Source: Corallochytrium limacisporum Hawaii (taxonomy: Eukaryota; Protista; Pluriformea). From it: a stretch of DNA of 64,000 bases. The translations under genes and the position numbers were made by a program. This document shows positions 20,980 through 33,179 of this stretch, piece by piece. A model generated the notes under the pieces. The model worked only from the letters and a program-made list of their open reading frames with translations, was not told where the DNA came from and did no database searches. The DNA lies in contig PDIP01000039.1 of assembly GCA_002811645.1 (NCBI GenBank), forward strand, positions 109,061 to 173,060, written 5' to 3'. Numbering within the stretch: position 1 is the first letter of the stretch; the number at the start of each line of letters is the position of its first letter.

Positions 20980-23700
20980 GAAACTTTGAAAAGGGGGGAA
21001 AGGGAATCTGGCGTTTCCAACAGTTTTCCCAACACCGACATCACTTGGTCATGGTACCGCCACGTAAGGGGCAAAAATCATTCCTTTCAAATTCAAATGC
21101 TGCTGGGAGATATAGCCTGGTCAGTGTCCACCGGCGGGGAGAGGTGTGTCAATTTATACCAAAGGCAAAATGCGAAGTGACGACTCTCACAAACACATAT
21201 TTGGACGTCAGACAGGGAGCATCTGTGTGTGACGAAGGAATGATACGGGATGGGTGTTGCTGATGTACACATATTGTGTGTGCTTGCCCTTTCCTGTGGC
21301 TGTTCCTCACAAACAATTTTCTGTGACTAACAACGCAACAAATGTATTGGCGAGGGCGGGAGGAATAGAACAGGGACCCAAGGGGCTTGCGCAAGGTACT
21401 ATTCGTCCACTGGACGTTCTGTAGGTCTGGTGCTCGGCAATCATCACCAGATATAGGGTACAGGAGCTTGGGAAATGCTCGTCATGGTGTTCAGTCTGAG
21501 TTAGAGTTCCAGCAAGGGGAAACCAAGCGTACGGCATCAATGCACTGTCTAAGAAGCAGTAAAGTAGGTCTACTATTGTGCGAGACGGCAGTAACATGCA
21601 AGCTGGCTAAGGCACAACTTCTCAGTTGTAAGAACTTCAACTTATAATACATTGTACTTGAGTGTCTAAGGGGTTCTAAGGGGTAGGGCGTACAACGGAC
21701 AATCTCCAACCTGAAGCGAAAAATTAATGATAAGAGAGTTGTAACAGTTTTGTACTCCTTCCTTCTTACGAAGACAAATTGCTCCCGAAATGAACACCGA
21801 GGAGAGCCAGTTTCCTTCTACGTGCTATTGACGCCTGCAAGGGGAAGAGCTGCCGTGTGTGGTGCTGGTCGGTTTCGTCCGCAAGCAGCAACGGCATGCA
21901 ATAGTTTTCCAGCTTTCGAGGTTCGAGCCTTCATGTCTATACGTTCTCAATTTGCCATAGCACAAGATCGGCGACGAGATTTCCATCGTTCTTGAGGCAG
22001 CACAACGGGCGAAGGAGTGGTGACAATGAATACACATTCGCAACCAGTCATAAACACGTCTTCCACGTATTCCATTCATCCGTATGGACTAGATATCGTT
22101 TAGGGATCTACAGTTAGTGTATGGACTCCTCAGCCTGATATCCGTCCCTCTGGCTTAGATCTCCTCGCAATCTTTTCAAGACAACAAACAACACAGAGAT
22201 CTCCCGAATACAAACTTCTAACAATCGCACCGTTTACGTTTTAAGTTACCTCGGTTCCTGCATTTCAACAACACTTGCTCCATTGTATCTATTGACTGTC
22301 TTGGTATTCATATCTTGTCTATTGTGTGTTGAGTTACAAGAGTTGAACTCCAAGGAGGTGCCATTCCCGAGCGTACTGTCTTATATTTCCCGACAACTGG
22401 TGGAGAATTCGTATACATTTGAAATTGTGAATACTAATACCTGAACAATTGAAACATGGTTATGTAAGCATGGATTGGACTTAGAATATAAGCGTCTACA
22501 AGAGGCTGCGAGCAGAAGACGATGATGTTTTTTTCGCTGGTCGCCTAGCTATTGTTCTATTGTTCTACAGCGGGCTTGCTAGTCAGACCATCCTCGCCCA
22601 ACTAACACTGCAGGCTCAATATGCTACGGGGAACAACAGCAGGTCTCCCTACAAGAGATGTTCCGCGGCTGAAGTTCTTGAAGAAGAACGGTGCTCTAAA
22701 GACCCCTCTAGGGTGGTGACTATGTTACTCCTTGTGTTCTTCGAACCTTATTGCCTCTTGCTGGTTTCGGACACCTTGCGAATTCTGACTTGTTCCCTAG
22801 GGATACCTTTACATAACAGAAGAATACCCAATAATCACAAAAAATATTCATGAGATTTTTTTTGTCAAAGTGAGAGAGTGTCAGTTAAGTTGACGATTCT
22901 TTTACCGATTCCTTGGGTCCGTCAAATATTGTCCAACCGTTCTGTCTCGAGCATATTGACTGCTCTCTGACCAGTTTCCCCTCCAAAACAGCAATATTCT
23001 ACACTCTTGACGTTCAGCAGTTTTCGGAAGAACACGAAAATATACCAAGTCTCAGTGTCCAATAACGATTGGAATAGCATCCTGAATCACTGTTGTCGGT
23101 ATCAAATTCTGTTATTTTTGGCGGAGAAGCTTTAAACCAGGATAGAGAGCATTCGGAGAGTCACAGCAAAGCGCAGCCATACCCTAGAAAACAAGCTTTA
23201 CGGTCTCTTGTGTTCGTGCTAATCGACCGATGGCTGGCGCATCATCCGCCGCAAACACTATGTCAGTCTATATCACGATTGGCTTGTATCCGCTTACGTG
23301 AGCAGGAACTCAATCTAAAGGGACAGCGACTAGAGTTTGTCGAGCCACATACCGTAAGGGGAAGTTGACTTAGAATTGCATAGCAAACGCGTAACAGGAA
23401 CATATTCATGGTTGTACAAGCCAACCGGCGAGAGAGAGTGGACAAGTGGGCGGGCTCTTAGTTCGGCAGAGGATGCTGCTGGTGTTTAAGGTGAAAGGTC
23501 TTCTCTGTTGTGTTCGATCGGAGGGAGCTGCAGTGGGGTTGGTCTGCCGACACAAGCTCCGGGACCAAGCAAAGAGCTGTTTCGAATGTGAACAGCCGGG
23601 AAGGGGCGGGTGAGTTCTGCCCGTGTCACTCTTGCCCCTGTCCAGTGGATGCTATGATTTTAGTTGGAAGTGATGTGGATACTGAGTGGCCTCGAGCTTG
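20980..23700 (+). mobile_element. Decayed Ty1/copia pol fossil in PR-IN-RT order
   Basis: Protease ESGVSN~DSGASN (21004) and TLTNTYL..DGC. Integrase zinc region GYRSLGN~WHRRLGH and CETAVTCKLAKA; QHNG (~22000). RT CWCLR*K..QW and VDAMILVGSD~YVDDMLIVGSD (23645). Confidence 0.6.
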
Positions 23701-24505
23701 ACTCTACCAATCATGCAGTTTATTGATCACTCCCCATTGCACTTGGAAAGAGTTGGGAAAAAGACAATGAGCGAATGAGAAGGGGATACTTGACGAACCT
23801 CATCCTTCCCCCCCCCCTTTCCCTTGTTCTCCTTCCCCGCTTCTTCTTTCCCCCCTCCCTCCGTTCTCCTCCTCGTGCGGGGGTGGCCTTTCCCCACTTC
23901 GCTTTTTCTGACGGTCCAGTTCCGTAGGAGGGGAGAGGGTCTCTGGGAAGGGAGAGAGAGGAAAGACAAGAAAAGGTTACGATACTGGGAGCATAGCAGC
24001 GGCAAACCCCTTGGGCGGGGGAGGGGGGGTGTCGCAACCAATCAGAAACAAAAAGAGTTGAACAGCTAGGAGAATATTTGTCAAAAGGTACGGTACTTCG
24101 AAACTGGTAGCGGATAGAAAAGATGTGTAGAGCAGAGGGGTAAGGGACCGGGGGAGAGGGCGATGGCAAGGAGGGTACCATTGCAACTGAGATCTACCAC
24201 TCGGCGCAAACTACAAGCAGGGTTTCATATCTCTTCAATACCTTCTGGTTGCGACGAGCTCCTCTACGATAGCAGTGACATATTGACATGCAAAGGGGGG
24301 AAAGGTCATGATACGCATTGTCTCGAGCGGCAAACCTTGGTTGGAGCCATCCATAAGAACCCAATATTGATATGTAGGCAACACAATCAGAGATGGTAGA
24401 AGAAAAATGTTTTAGATTCATGTAACTAACATCATTGTAGTTTGATTGATGCTACGAACAGTTCACATGTGGGAAAATAAATGTGATCTCTGAGAATACC
24501 GGACC

Positions 24506-25748
24506 ATGCAACAGAGTGAATCAGGGCTCGCACAGGAGCCGACAATGTATCCAACTCACATGATGCTGCCTCAACAGCAGCCACATCAGCAGCCAGCACA
24601 TGCCCAGGAACAACAGCCAATACAACACGAAGGATCGTCACACCAGGATCAGCAGCAGCAGCATGGGCAACAGCTACAGCAGTCGCAGGATGTTCAGCAA
24701 CAGGCACACCCGTTACCTCCTCAGGTTCAGATGCCCCAGTCACAACCTGGTGTACCTCCTCACGACCAAACTGGGCCGTTCAGTGACGTAAACATGGCAT
24801 TGCATTCTGCTGTCTCCACGGGGAACATTTCTGGTATCTTCTCCGCCTTGGAAGCAGGCGCTGATATCAATGGATTTGACGCTGAGAATTGCACGCCGCT
24901 AATCAATGCCATCAAACTTAGGAGTCTCAACGTCATTCAGTACTTGTTAAACCTTGGAGCCAATGTTAACGTGCGGGGTTCCAGGGGCTGGACGGCTCTG
25001 CACTATGCTGTTGCAGTTCGCGACACAACAGCCACCATAACATTAATGAGCTATGGTGCGAACTTCTTCAATCACACAGACGATGGATATAGTGCCATCG
25101 ATATCGCCGTCGCCTTCGGTGATCTCAATATTCTCAAGCTGTTCCAGGATTCAATTAAACAGACTGGAGGTAGTGCCACAAATAGCAATCTATCCTCTAA
25201 CTCTGGAAGCAATGCCTCCCATATGCCTCCCGCCGCCCAAGATGCTGTTGGATACACTGGGGCCGTTGGGAACCCCGCAAACCAGTTCTCTGAGGGAGGG
25301 GTCATGGGTAGTGCTGGTCAGGACATGGCCCAACCTCCAGTGAGTGGCGTAGAGTCCGATTCCTATCTGGCTCAGTTCTCACAAGGACGTCCTAGTATTG
25401 GAGGCCCCCAACAGATGTATGATCCTCTTTCAGCGGGATCGAAGTCCATGGCGTACAATGGAAAGCAGATCATACATGCTCTTGACCTTGGTTTCAACAC
25501 GGCCACCAACATGGGGATGTCCCCCAGCCAGCGGCAAGAAACTGCCAAGGTTGCTCACATGCAATCACGACCACAGAAGAGCTGTATTTCGTGCGGAACG
25601 GTGCGGACTCCCCAATGGCGCCGTGGACCAAATGGCACCGCATCGATGTGCAATGCGTGTGGTCTGAAGTATATTAAGGAGCTCCGTAAGAAGAGGAAAC
25701 AGCGCGCGATGCTTGAACAGGAGCAGCAGCAACAACAACAACAACAGC

Positions 25749-25783
<35 letters not shown>

Positions 25784-25876
25784 GAGCATGTCCCCCATTC
25801 ACATCAACAGAAGGCCCAACATGCACAACCGCAGCCGCAAATGGTCCAACCTAACGGCATTGCTGAGTTCCAATAG
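24506..25876 (+). CDS. Ankyrin-repeat GATA zinc-finger transcription factor with polyQ
   Basis: About 4 ankyrin repeats (ALHSA, TPLINA, GWTALHYA, GYSAIDIA); C-x2-C-x18-C-x2-C finger CISCGTVRTPQWRRGPNGTASMCNAC; Q-rich termini. Confidence 0.93.
25722..25783 (+). repeat. (CAA/CAG)n polyglutamine microsatellite inside the GATA gene
   Basis: Directly visible CAA run. Confidence 0.95.
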
Positions 25877-25978
25877 TTCACTCATTCTCTGCATAAAACA
25901 AAACACATCTACGATCATATACTCATATTGCAATGACATGGAAAAGATGAACCGTTTTTTAATACTATGACCAGTCAA

Positions 25979-26335
25979 CTACTCCGTCCACCGATGGTTG
26001 CATTCACGATTACAACATAAGTAGTATAGTTTCATGTCAGCGTCCTGGCGGGCTCCCTGTGATTGGAAGTACACAGCTTCTTTACCGCCACATTCTGAGC
26101 ACATTTTCTTCTGTGTCTTGGGCAATGAAGGATCCGCAGTAATATCACTGACAATCTGTGTTAATTCGTTTACGTTGTGGGTAATGCGATTCACGTACAC
26201 ACAATAATCCGTTGCTTCTTCCTGATAGTCACACCGCTTGCAAGCATACATAAGTTTACGAGATCTCTTGTCTGGCTTTGGATACAACATATTGTTGCAC
26301 TCTTCACAAAACCGAATAGACGCTTGTCCAGACAT
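25979..26335 (-). CDS. RPB9: RNA polymerase II subunit RPB9
   Basis: IRFCEECNNMLYPK, LMYACKRCDYQEEA, DPSLP, CSEC..EAVYFQS, CNHRWTE. ATG at 26335. Confidence 0.97.
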   Translation of the reverse strand: MSGQASIRFCEECNNMLYPKPDKRSRKLMYACKRCDYQEEATDYCVYVNRITHNVNELTQIVSDITADPSLPKTQKKMCSECGGKEAVYFQSQGARQDADMKLYYLCCNRECNHRWTE

Positions 26336-27175
26336 GCTTAAGTATGCTACTCGCTTCGGGACTCTTCCTGAACGATTCCTCACTGGATGCCCGTTTCAAC
26401 AATTCTAGGGTCCGAAGGACTGAATCCTTTATTCATTTAAGATTAATGTGATAAACACCAAAAACGCACCAAGGCCATCATCTAACTAACGATGCGCATT
26501 GCCGAAGCTGTACTGACTTGGTGCGCTCAAATAGCTGCACCATTATTAAGCCCCTCTCAAGACCATGCGGTACGGTACTGAACCTTCCCAACCTGGCCTG
26601 CGGAATCGTTGCCTGTCATCCCCGGGCGCGTTAAACTCTCACCACCAGAATATCCACCAGTCCGAACAACTAGTACTAAAAGAAGGGCCCATGGGTAATT
26701 CTTATTTAATATCCGGAATAATAAAAGTTCCCATCCCTAAATGGGAATTATTGATATATTTTTGATACGGAATACTCTTAAAATACCAAGAACAAGAATA
26801 GCAGAACGAAAAACAGAGGGAGAAATCCCAGAGTGGCAGCACAATTGTCTCTACAAGGATGGCGCGAGAGCTTCCGAACCGCCTGTACGGCAAAACGCGG
26901 CTTGCTCACCTGAATTCGTGAAGTTCGTGGCACGTCGAGATTCTCACCACCTGATATGCTACTTGAGAGCCACATAAGGGCCAGTTTAGAGTGTACAGAT
27001 GGTTGGGAACATTCTCAGCAAAACTCCAGAGGGACGGCCGACTTGCCTTGGTTTAATGTAAACATTGAAGTCAATTCACAGCAGCCATGGTTTCGTAGAT
27101 TGACATTGCGCGTCCCTGATAAAAGTGCGCAGGCGATCATTTGTATTTTCATGTCGTTGTGAATGAATAAACACA

Positions 27176-27808
27176 ATGGCTGACGTTGAAAGTGTAGTAG
27201 TCTCTATCAGAGACCGGCTGAAATCATATCTCACTAAAGATGACACGTCGCAGTTGCCACCATTACTAGAAGAGCTGCAAGGTCTATTCATTGACGCCGA
27301 AATCCTGAGGCGAACCAAGATTGCTTTTGTGCTTCAAGACGTACGAAAGAATGGAAGTGTGTCATCAGACCTCAAATCTTTAGCAAAGGGAATTCTAAGA
27401 CAGTGGAAGGCACAAATTGCACAGGGCGATGGGCAAACAACAAACCAGAGTCTCGAAGCTGGAGCATCTTCGATAGCACCTTCGCCAAATCCATCAAGAG
27501 TACAGAGTGGCTCTGCAACGCCAGAACCACACAAGAGAACTCCACCACGCAAAGGGAAAAGCATTGGGCCTGTGCCAGACCGGCGGAAGCTCCATTTACC
27601 AAATGGAATTGAACGAGAGACACCGGAAGATCTCCGTACTCTACCAACGATCACTTTAAAGAACACTGAGGAAAGCGTAGCAAATGACATAAAGAACCAG
27701 GGAGGTAGTGGAACGCTGGAGATCGATGGCAAAGAATATGACTGGCATATGGGGGTACCGGACGTGATCGACGGTAGCATGGGCCCCTATGTGGTCATTT
27801 CTCCCTAA
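27176..27808 (+). CDS. MED26: TFIIS-N (LW) domain protein, probably a compact Mediator subunit MED26
   Basis: N-terminal EILRRTKIA..VRK..AKGILRQWK. C-terminal GIERETPEDL..GSGTLEIDGKEYDW..PYVVI resembles the MED26 C-terminus GITREVTQDDL..GVNGCQDTQGNWYDW..PYVCL. Confidence 0.68.
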   Translation: MADVESVVVSIRDRLKSYLTKDDTSQLPPLLEELQGLFIDAEILRRTKIAFVLQDVRKNGSVSSDLKSLAKGILRQWKAQIAQGDGQTTNQSLEAGASSIAPSPNPSRVQSGSATPEPHKRTPPRKGKSIGPVPDRRKLHLPNGIERETPEDLRTLPTITLKNTEESVANDIKNQGGSGTLEIDGKEYDWHMGVPDVIDGSMGPYVVISP

Positions 27809-27910
27809 TCTATCCACTTCTGGTAGGTTATACATAGTCATGAATACATTCATTTTATGCATATAACTAAAATATCAGTTGTAAAGATATGACACATATC
27901 GTTCTGGTGT

Positions 27911-28759
27911 TCACTCCACCTGGGGCCGAGGAATAGGGTACACGGACGTCGTTCTCCCGTAGTAGATGCCCCCCAGGCGAGAGACAGGTGCGTACCGTTC
28001 TACATTGATCCTGCCATTTTCATACAGTTCCTCCGCTACGTGAAAGGCAACTATCTCACCGAAAACGATGTCAGAGGAAATTTGCCCTTTCTTGTTGGTT
28101 ATGGACTTGATATCTGTCAGTTTGCATTCCATCTGACATGCGCTTTCACCAACCCTTGGTGGGACAACAATCTCACTGGACTGCATGGTCATACCTGCAA
28201 CTTCAAATTCGTTCACATGAGGGGGATAGTTACCACAAGTATGATTTGCGGACTCAACACACCACTCACTGATGATGTTTACAACGAACTCTTCGGTTTC
28301 TTCAATATTCGCTAAGGTATCCTTCTTTCCTCCAGCTTTCCGCGTCACAGAGAATGCCAATGTAGGTGGATCATGCGACATCATGTTGAAATACGAAAAG
28401 GGCGACAGATTCAGAACTCCAGCTGCCGACACGGAACTAACGAAGGCCACCGGACGAGGAGCGATGGCAGAAGTCATCAATCTGTATACGTCCGCAGCTG
28501 GAGTTTGCGCAGGATCTATTGTTTTCCTCTTGTCAGGATCAAAAGGCGGTGGCTGAGGCTGACCAGGTTTCCACGCCGGGTGAGGCATGTCCTCGATCTT
28601 GGCCCCCTGATAAGTCATCTTTCTGGCTAGCGCAAGCAGCGGTGCAGTGTTTGTATGTCTCCGGCCGCGAAATATCTTACAAATCATCTCAGTTTGTACT
28701 ACAGATGTGAATGCCGCAAAGTATGGGGAGTTGGCCAATATCGGAACTATCCCCTCCAT
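27911..28759 (-). CDS. Flavin reductase-like FMN-binding protein (flavoredoxin/NtaB-type)
   Basis: PHPAWKPG, IAPRPVAFVSS, NLSPFSYFN, KDTLANIEET-EFVVNI, PPRVGESACQMECKL, SRLGGIYYGR. Start uncertain (28759, 28687 or 28618). Confidence 0.9.
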   Translation of the reverse strand: MEGIVPILANSPYFAAFTSVVQTEMICKIFRGRRHTNTAPLLALARKMTYQGAKIEDMPHPAWKPGQPQPPPFDPDKRKTIDPAQTPAADVYRLMTSAIAPRPVAFVSSVSAAGVLNLSPFSYFNMMSHDPPTLAFSVTRKAGGKKDTLANIEETEEFVVNIISEWCVESANHTCGNYPPHVNEFEVAGMTMQSSEIVVPPRVGESACQMECKLTDIKSITNKKGQISSDIVFGEIVAFHVAEELYENGRINVERYAPVSRLGGIYYGRTTSVYPIPRPQVE

Positions 28760-29329
28760 CTAAATAGCCACATGTGGCTTCCAGATCATTCTGCCAGAAA
28801 CCGATCATATTAATACTCATTATCTCTCTTCCCACCAACCGCTAGCTTGTTCCAAAACTCCAACACTTCACTGCTCACGTGACACTGAGACTCACCGGCG
28901 CAACTCCGTCACCTCGGTAGCTCAATACGCATCAGGAGCAAACCCTTTACAAGGATGGGGTGACTCGTACATAGAGAATTGACTATAGGAAGGCACAACT
29001 TACTCAGAAAGGAATTAAATAGGCCCCTGAATATTGATTCAAATTTGTAAATATTTCTTTGAATGCCCTAGGCTCAGTTCCCTTTCTCTAGATCATTTTA
29101 CTCACTCAAGCCCTTTTGCTCTTCGTGATGATCTGCGGACGCGGTGATCTGTCCTTCAAAGCAAAACCCAATACAATAGTGGTTAGCAAACGGACGTTGG
29201 TACTCAGAATTGAGAAACATGAAAGCGCAGTAAATAGCAAAAGGACAGATTGGCATAGTATCTTACGATAGTACCATTAGTTCCTTATTGCATGACTGAG
29301 GGCATCAAACAACAAGGGCACGGCACAAA

Positions 29330-29950
29330 TCCCTTCCAATCGCTATTTACGGTGGCTGGCGCGACAAGGATATGTAGGAACGGAGATGCGATGGCTTTCG
29401 GCCTCTGCCTTACGAATGTCTCCCGAGAGAGTGGCAGAAACAGCTGAATCCGATGACGGCGCTTGTGCTACATTTTTTGAATTCCTTTCTTTCGTCGTCG
29501 CTGAACTTGGTGGTCCAATATTGTGGGCCATGAAGTTTGATATGTGTCCACCACGGAAAGAATGGACAGGGCCGTTCCGGAGGACCAATAGTAGCAGTGG
29601 AGATATGCCATTCAATGACAGCCAAGGGCGAGAAGTCTGCATGCCTGCTCGAGCACATTGCCTAAAAGCTTAGCGAACGAGATTATTTTCTACTCTCGTT
29701 TCCGGCTTTCTGACAAATGCAGTTTGCCTGGAGATGCTACGCGGTACCAGTACTTCACATTAGACTTCTGACGTTTCAGTAACCGAGAAAACACAGAGAA
29801 TTTAGACTTGTTGTATTCAGACTATGGGGGTTGGGCACTTCTACAGATGAAAGAGTTAGATCCAGAATGTAGTTGAAAAAAATGTGTAGGCCTACTGTAC
29901 TTCAACGGCCGAGATCCGTTTGCTATTCTTAAATTCCATGATCCAACATG
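29330..29950 (+). mobile_element. Decayed Ty1/copia RNase H fossil
   Basis: RYLRWL~RILRYL, AESDDGAC~SDADWAGC, FVVAELGGPILWAMK~YVFTLGGGPISWKSK, LLYSDYGG~LYSDNQG, KKCVGLLYFNGRD~TKHIDIRYHFIRD, in order. Confidence 0.55.
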
Positions 29951-30771
29951 AATCGTTCCGTATGGACGGGCAGCATCTGCGTCCACCAAACTTCCTAAAA
30001 TGGGTTAAGGGGTTTGACCATCGTACTTGTGCAAAGTTTGCCCGACACCTGGCCCACGAGCGAGTGCTTGAAAGACCTTGGAATGTATTTGCTAATACCG
30101 TTAGTCGGGGGCCACAAATAGGAAGGGAGCGGGGTCGAGGAAGCACAAGCAGTCCACAGTCTACTCGTGTACCACCGGTAGTTTCAAAATGTATCCGTAT
30201 ACCGGATTCTCGGAACCGTATCGGAAAACGCCTACACTTGCATGACACCTTTGGAAAACACTGAGTTGATGACATCTCAGGGCCACCACACTCCAGTTGC
30301 CACCCAAGATGAATTCGATGACGCGGGAGATGAATTTGTCGTCCCGCATCGCGATATTCATCCTCCTCGAGATTGACCAATTCCAAGGCGCGGTCGGCAG
30401 GTTCCTATTTAGTCTCCTGGCTCCTCCTCCGTCTGCTCCCCCAATTCCCAGAAGGAAGGCCGAACCCAAACGCAGGAATGACAGGAATGAGAGAAACATA
30501 GAGCAGGCCGAAAGAGACAGTGGGAGAAAAAGGGGGGGGGGGCAGGAAAGAGTGTGTGAGTGGGTGAACGAGAGAACGGATTCCGCTATTCAACGTCAAG
30601 AGTTCAGTGATGGATTGGTGTCGTTGAATTCTGGCGGCTACCAGGGAGGGCAATCAGGACCTGGAAATCAAGGGTAGGCACATGGCCAAAAAGCGTTGGA
30701 TTTGGTGTCTGTGCTGAAGACGAACACTAGTCATGCTCTATATTTTCTTTAGGATGGAGAAAGGGTAAACT

Positions 30772-32223
30772 TCAGTCTTGGTTCAGGGTTTCAATGAGGA
30801 CCTTGGCCACATTGGTACCCTCAAGAAGAGCAACTTCCATGGCACTGAAGAAAGTTTCAAAGCCCATGGCGTAGTACAGTCCATCCGCAAGCACAATCGG
30901 GGGTGCATGAACGTTGGTGTGCAGATAGGGATAGGGGTGCCATTCGACGGACGTCGTGTTGATGACTGTAGTGAACAGCGTATTGAGAACACCCGATTCG
31001 TCAGGATGCTCCATGGTGAACATCTCAAAAATCGCGGTTCCGTCCTCGGAGCTGTAATCTGTAGTCTGGGCTAGGGCATAGAAGTCTTCGTTAGGAGTAT
31101 CCATGGTGGTGAATTCGGTCGGTAGCTCGGATTGCTTCTTCTTGCCAAAGTAGTGCGGGTCCAGGTTGCCGCGCACAAAAGTCGTATACATGTGTACAAA
31201 GCTACGCTGAGTGCTGGACAGCTGCGCGGCAACGCTTCCGGGTAGTCCCTTAATTTTGATGTTGGCAATTTCCAAGGGTACGGTAATGAGCACGTCAGTA
31301 AACTCTTCTTCATGCTCGGTATTGGAACTTAGGTCCTTGTACGTGACAGCGATGAGACGTTCTGACTTGAAATTGATCTCCGTTACTGCAGTTTCCTTGC
31401 GAAGATTTGCTCTGCAGCTGTTCACGTTGCATGCCTCAGTGGCCGCTCTAATCATCTCCACACAAAGCTGGCTGTTGCCTTCCTCAAGCTTGTATAAGTC
31501 ACCAATTGATCCACACATTGCAACCATAGCTCCCAGTGCACTCATATCCAGGTTTTGCATGTAGTTGTCACGCGTCATGCCTGCTACCATCTCATCGAAG
31601 AACTTGGAGTTCCACCTTTCCTGCTCGCGATACGTGTCAATGGTCTGAGTGGTGAGGTCAGTCAGTCCCACCGAATTTAGAGCCCCCATGACATCGGTCA
31701 TAGGCATCATATCGTAGGGTTGGGCAAACTGGGAAGCGATCGAGGGCACAGCCTTTTCAACATGCACTGGAGTAAGTCCATACCGGAGAAACATCTTTAC
31801 ATCCGTCCACCACGAAGAGTGTGACGTCTCAAAGCGAAGATCATCTCCATCCCATACGCCTTGAGTGTCTTTAGATGGCCCGAATTCGGTCTGCTTCGTT
31901 AGCCCGAGCTCTTCGGTGTAATTACTGAACGGTTGGTTGACGGCTGCAACAATTGTTCCGCCTGCCTCAAGCATGACACCCTCAAAGTCCAGCTCCCTCA
32001 CGCGACCTCCCAATCGATCATTGCGTTCAAAGATTGTGAGAGTGGAGTTTGCATTTAGGAACCTTTGATCCTTGGTGAGAGTGTAGGCCGCTGCTGACCC
32101 GGCCATGCCACCTCCAATAATAGCCACATTGATTCGCTCTGGATCGGGTTCTGACGTCGCAGCCTGAGCTCCAGTGGCAGCGAGGCATAGGATGGCTGCA
32201 AGTTTTGTGCACATTTGGACCAT
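30772..32223 (-). CDS. PCYOX1: Prenylcysteine oxidase / lyase
   Basis: Signal peptide, VAIIGGGMAGSAAAY FAD motif, FERNDRLGGRV, EAGGTI, RYGLTP, W-PYP, FETFFSAMEV..G.NVA. Confidence 0.9.
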   Translation of the reverse strand: MVQMCTKLAAILCLAATGAQAATSEPDPERINVAIIGGGMAGSAAAYTLTKDQRFLNANSTLTIFERNDRLGGRVRELDFEGVMLEAGGTIVAAVNQPFSNYTEELGLTKQTEFGPSKDTQGVWDGDDLRFETSHSSWWTDVKMFLRYGLTPVHVEKAVPSIASQFAQPYDMMPMTDVMGALNSVGLTDLTTQTIDTYREQERWNSKFFDEMVAGMTRDNYMQNLDMSALGAMVAMCGSIGDLYKLEEGNSQLCVEMIRAATEACNVNSCRANLRKETAVTEINFKSERLIAVTYKDLSSNTEHEEEFTDVLITVPLEIANIKIKGLPGSVAAQLSSTQRSFVHMYTTFVRGNLDPHYFGKKKQSELPTEFTTMDTPNEDFYALAQTTDYSSEDGTAIFEMFTMEHPDESGVLNTLFTTVINTTSVEWHPYPYLHTNVHAPPIVLADGLYYAMGFETFFSAMEVALLEGTNVAKVLIETLNQD

Positions 32224-33179
32224 GTTGATATGTTGTTTCTTCTTTAATGGGATATAAGTCGTCGTTGAGCTACAGAAAGTACCCTGCCGAAAGGCTCTTC
32301 AATAAATACCTCTCGTGGCCACGGGTACTGCGCAGCACTCGGTAACCCATTGAGTATGAAATTCTATCTTAGGGGCAGGAGGGGCCATCACGTCCTGACG
32401 GGGAGGAACGACTTTCTCATGTATCACCACCCACATACTCAAATTCACATGCTCTAATCAAAAATCCAATACATTTGAATGTAGGAAAAAGGGGCTCCCT
32501 GGTCCTTGTTCGATGATGTGTTCAGAGAGTGGACTAGAATTCAGATTTGATGCATTCTGTCCTCTACTTACAGTCGCTAAATCATGGGCCCGGGACAGTT
32601 GCCGATGTGACCAGCACCATCGATGGGCTCCATATACAAAAACCTAATGCGTAAGGTTATTTATTTTCTTTAACGGTGGGGTGGGCCAAAGGGGCGCTTT
32701 TTCTTCGCCTATGGTACAATATGGTGTGCAACAAAAAAATTGGCCCCCAACTAACAGGGGCCTATTTTCTGAGGAACCAAGGTGATACCGGAGTGTATCA
32801 ATGTTCCACTTCCTTGCCTCCCTCCCCCCGGGTAGGAGGGGGGGTTTTCCACTGGCAAGGCTAAGAAATTTGGGGCCCATGAGAATGGAGCTCCGAATAG
32901 TGAGTAGGCTAACCCCCCTCCGGAACACGAGTGCATATATTTGAGCGCTCACTACCGATCTATCTCGGACACTGCGCAAAGGTACCGTGTGTTTTTACCG
33001 CAACATCGTTTTTCCAACCATTACAGTTCTGGCACCACCACTATGTCAAGAAATAGACCATTGCACAAACCATAGAGTCTTCGTCTTATCAGTGAGCCGG
33101 GCTTCGTTCCCCTTCATGCAGCTAAGTCTGTGGTTAGTAATTGCAGGAACTTAGGTAGTCCAAGAGAACGACAGCCATT

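Noticed and set aside
28911-28980. tRNA-like start ACCTCGGTAGCTCA..GAGC with a TAC loop
   Set aside because: No TTC T-loop, poor anticodon stem and no 3' acceptor strand.
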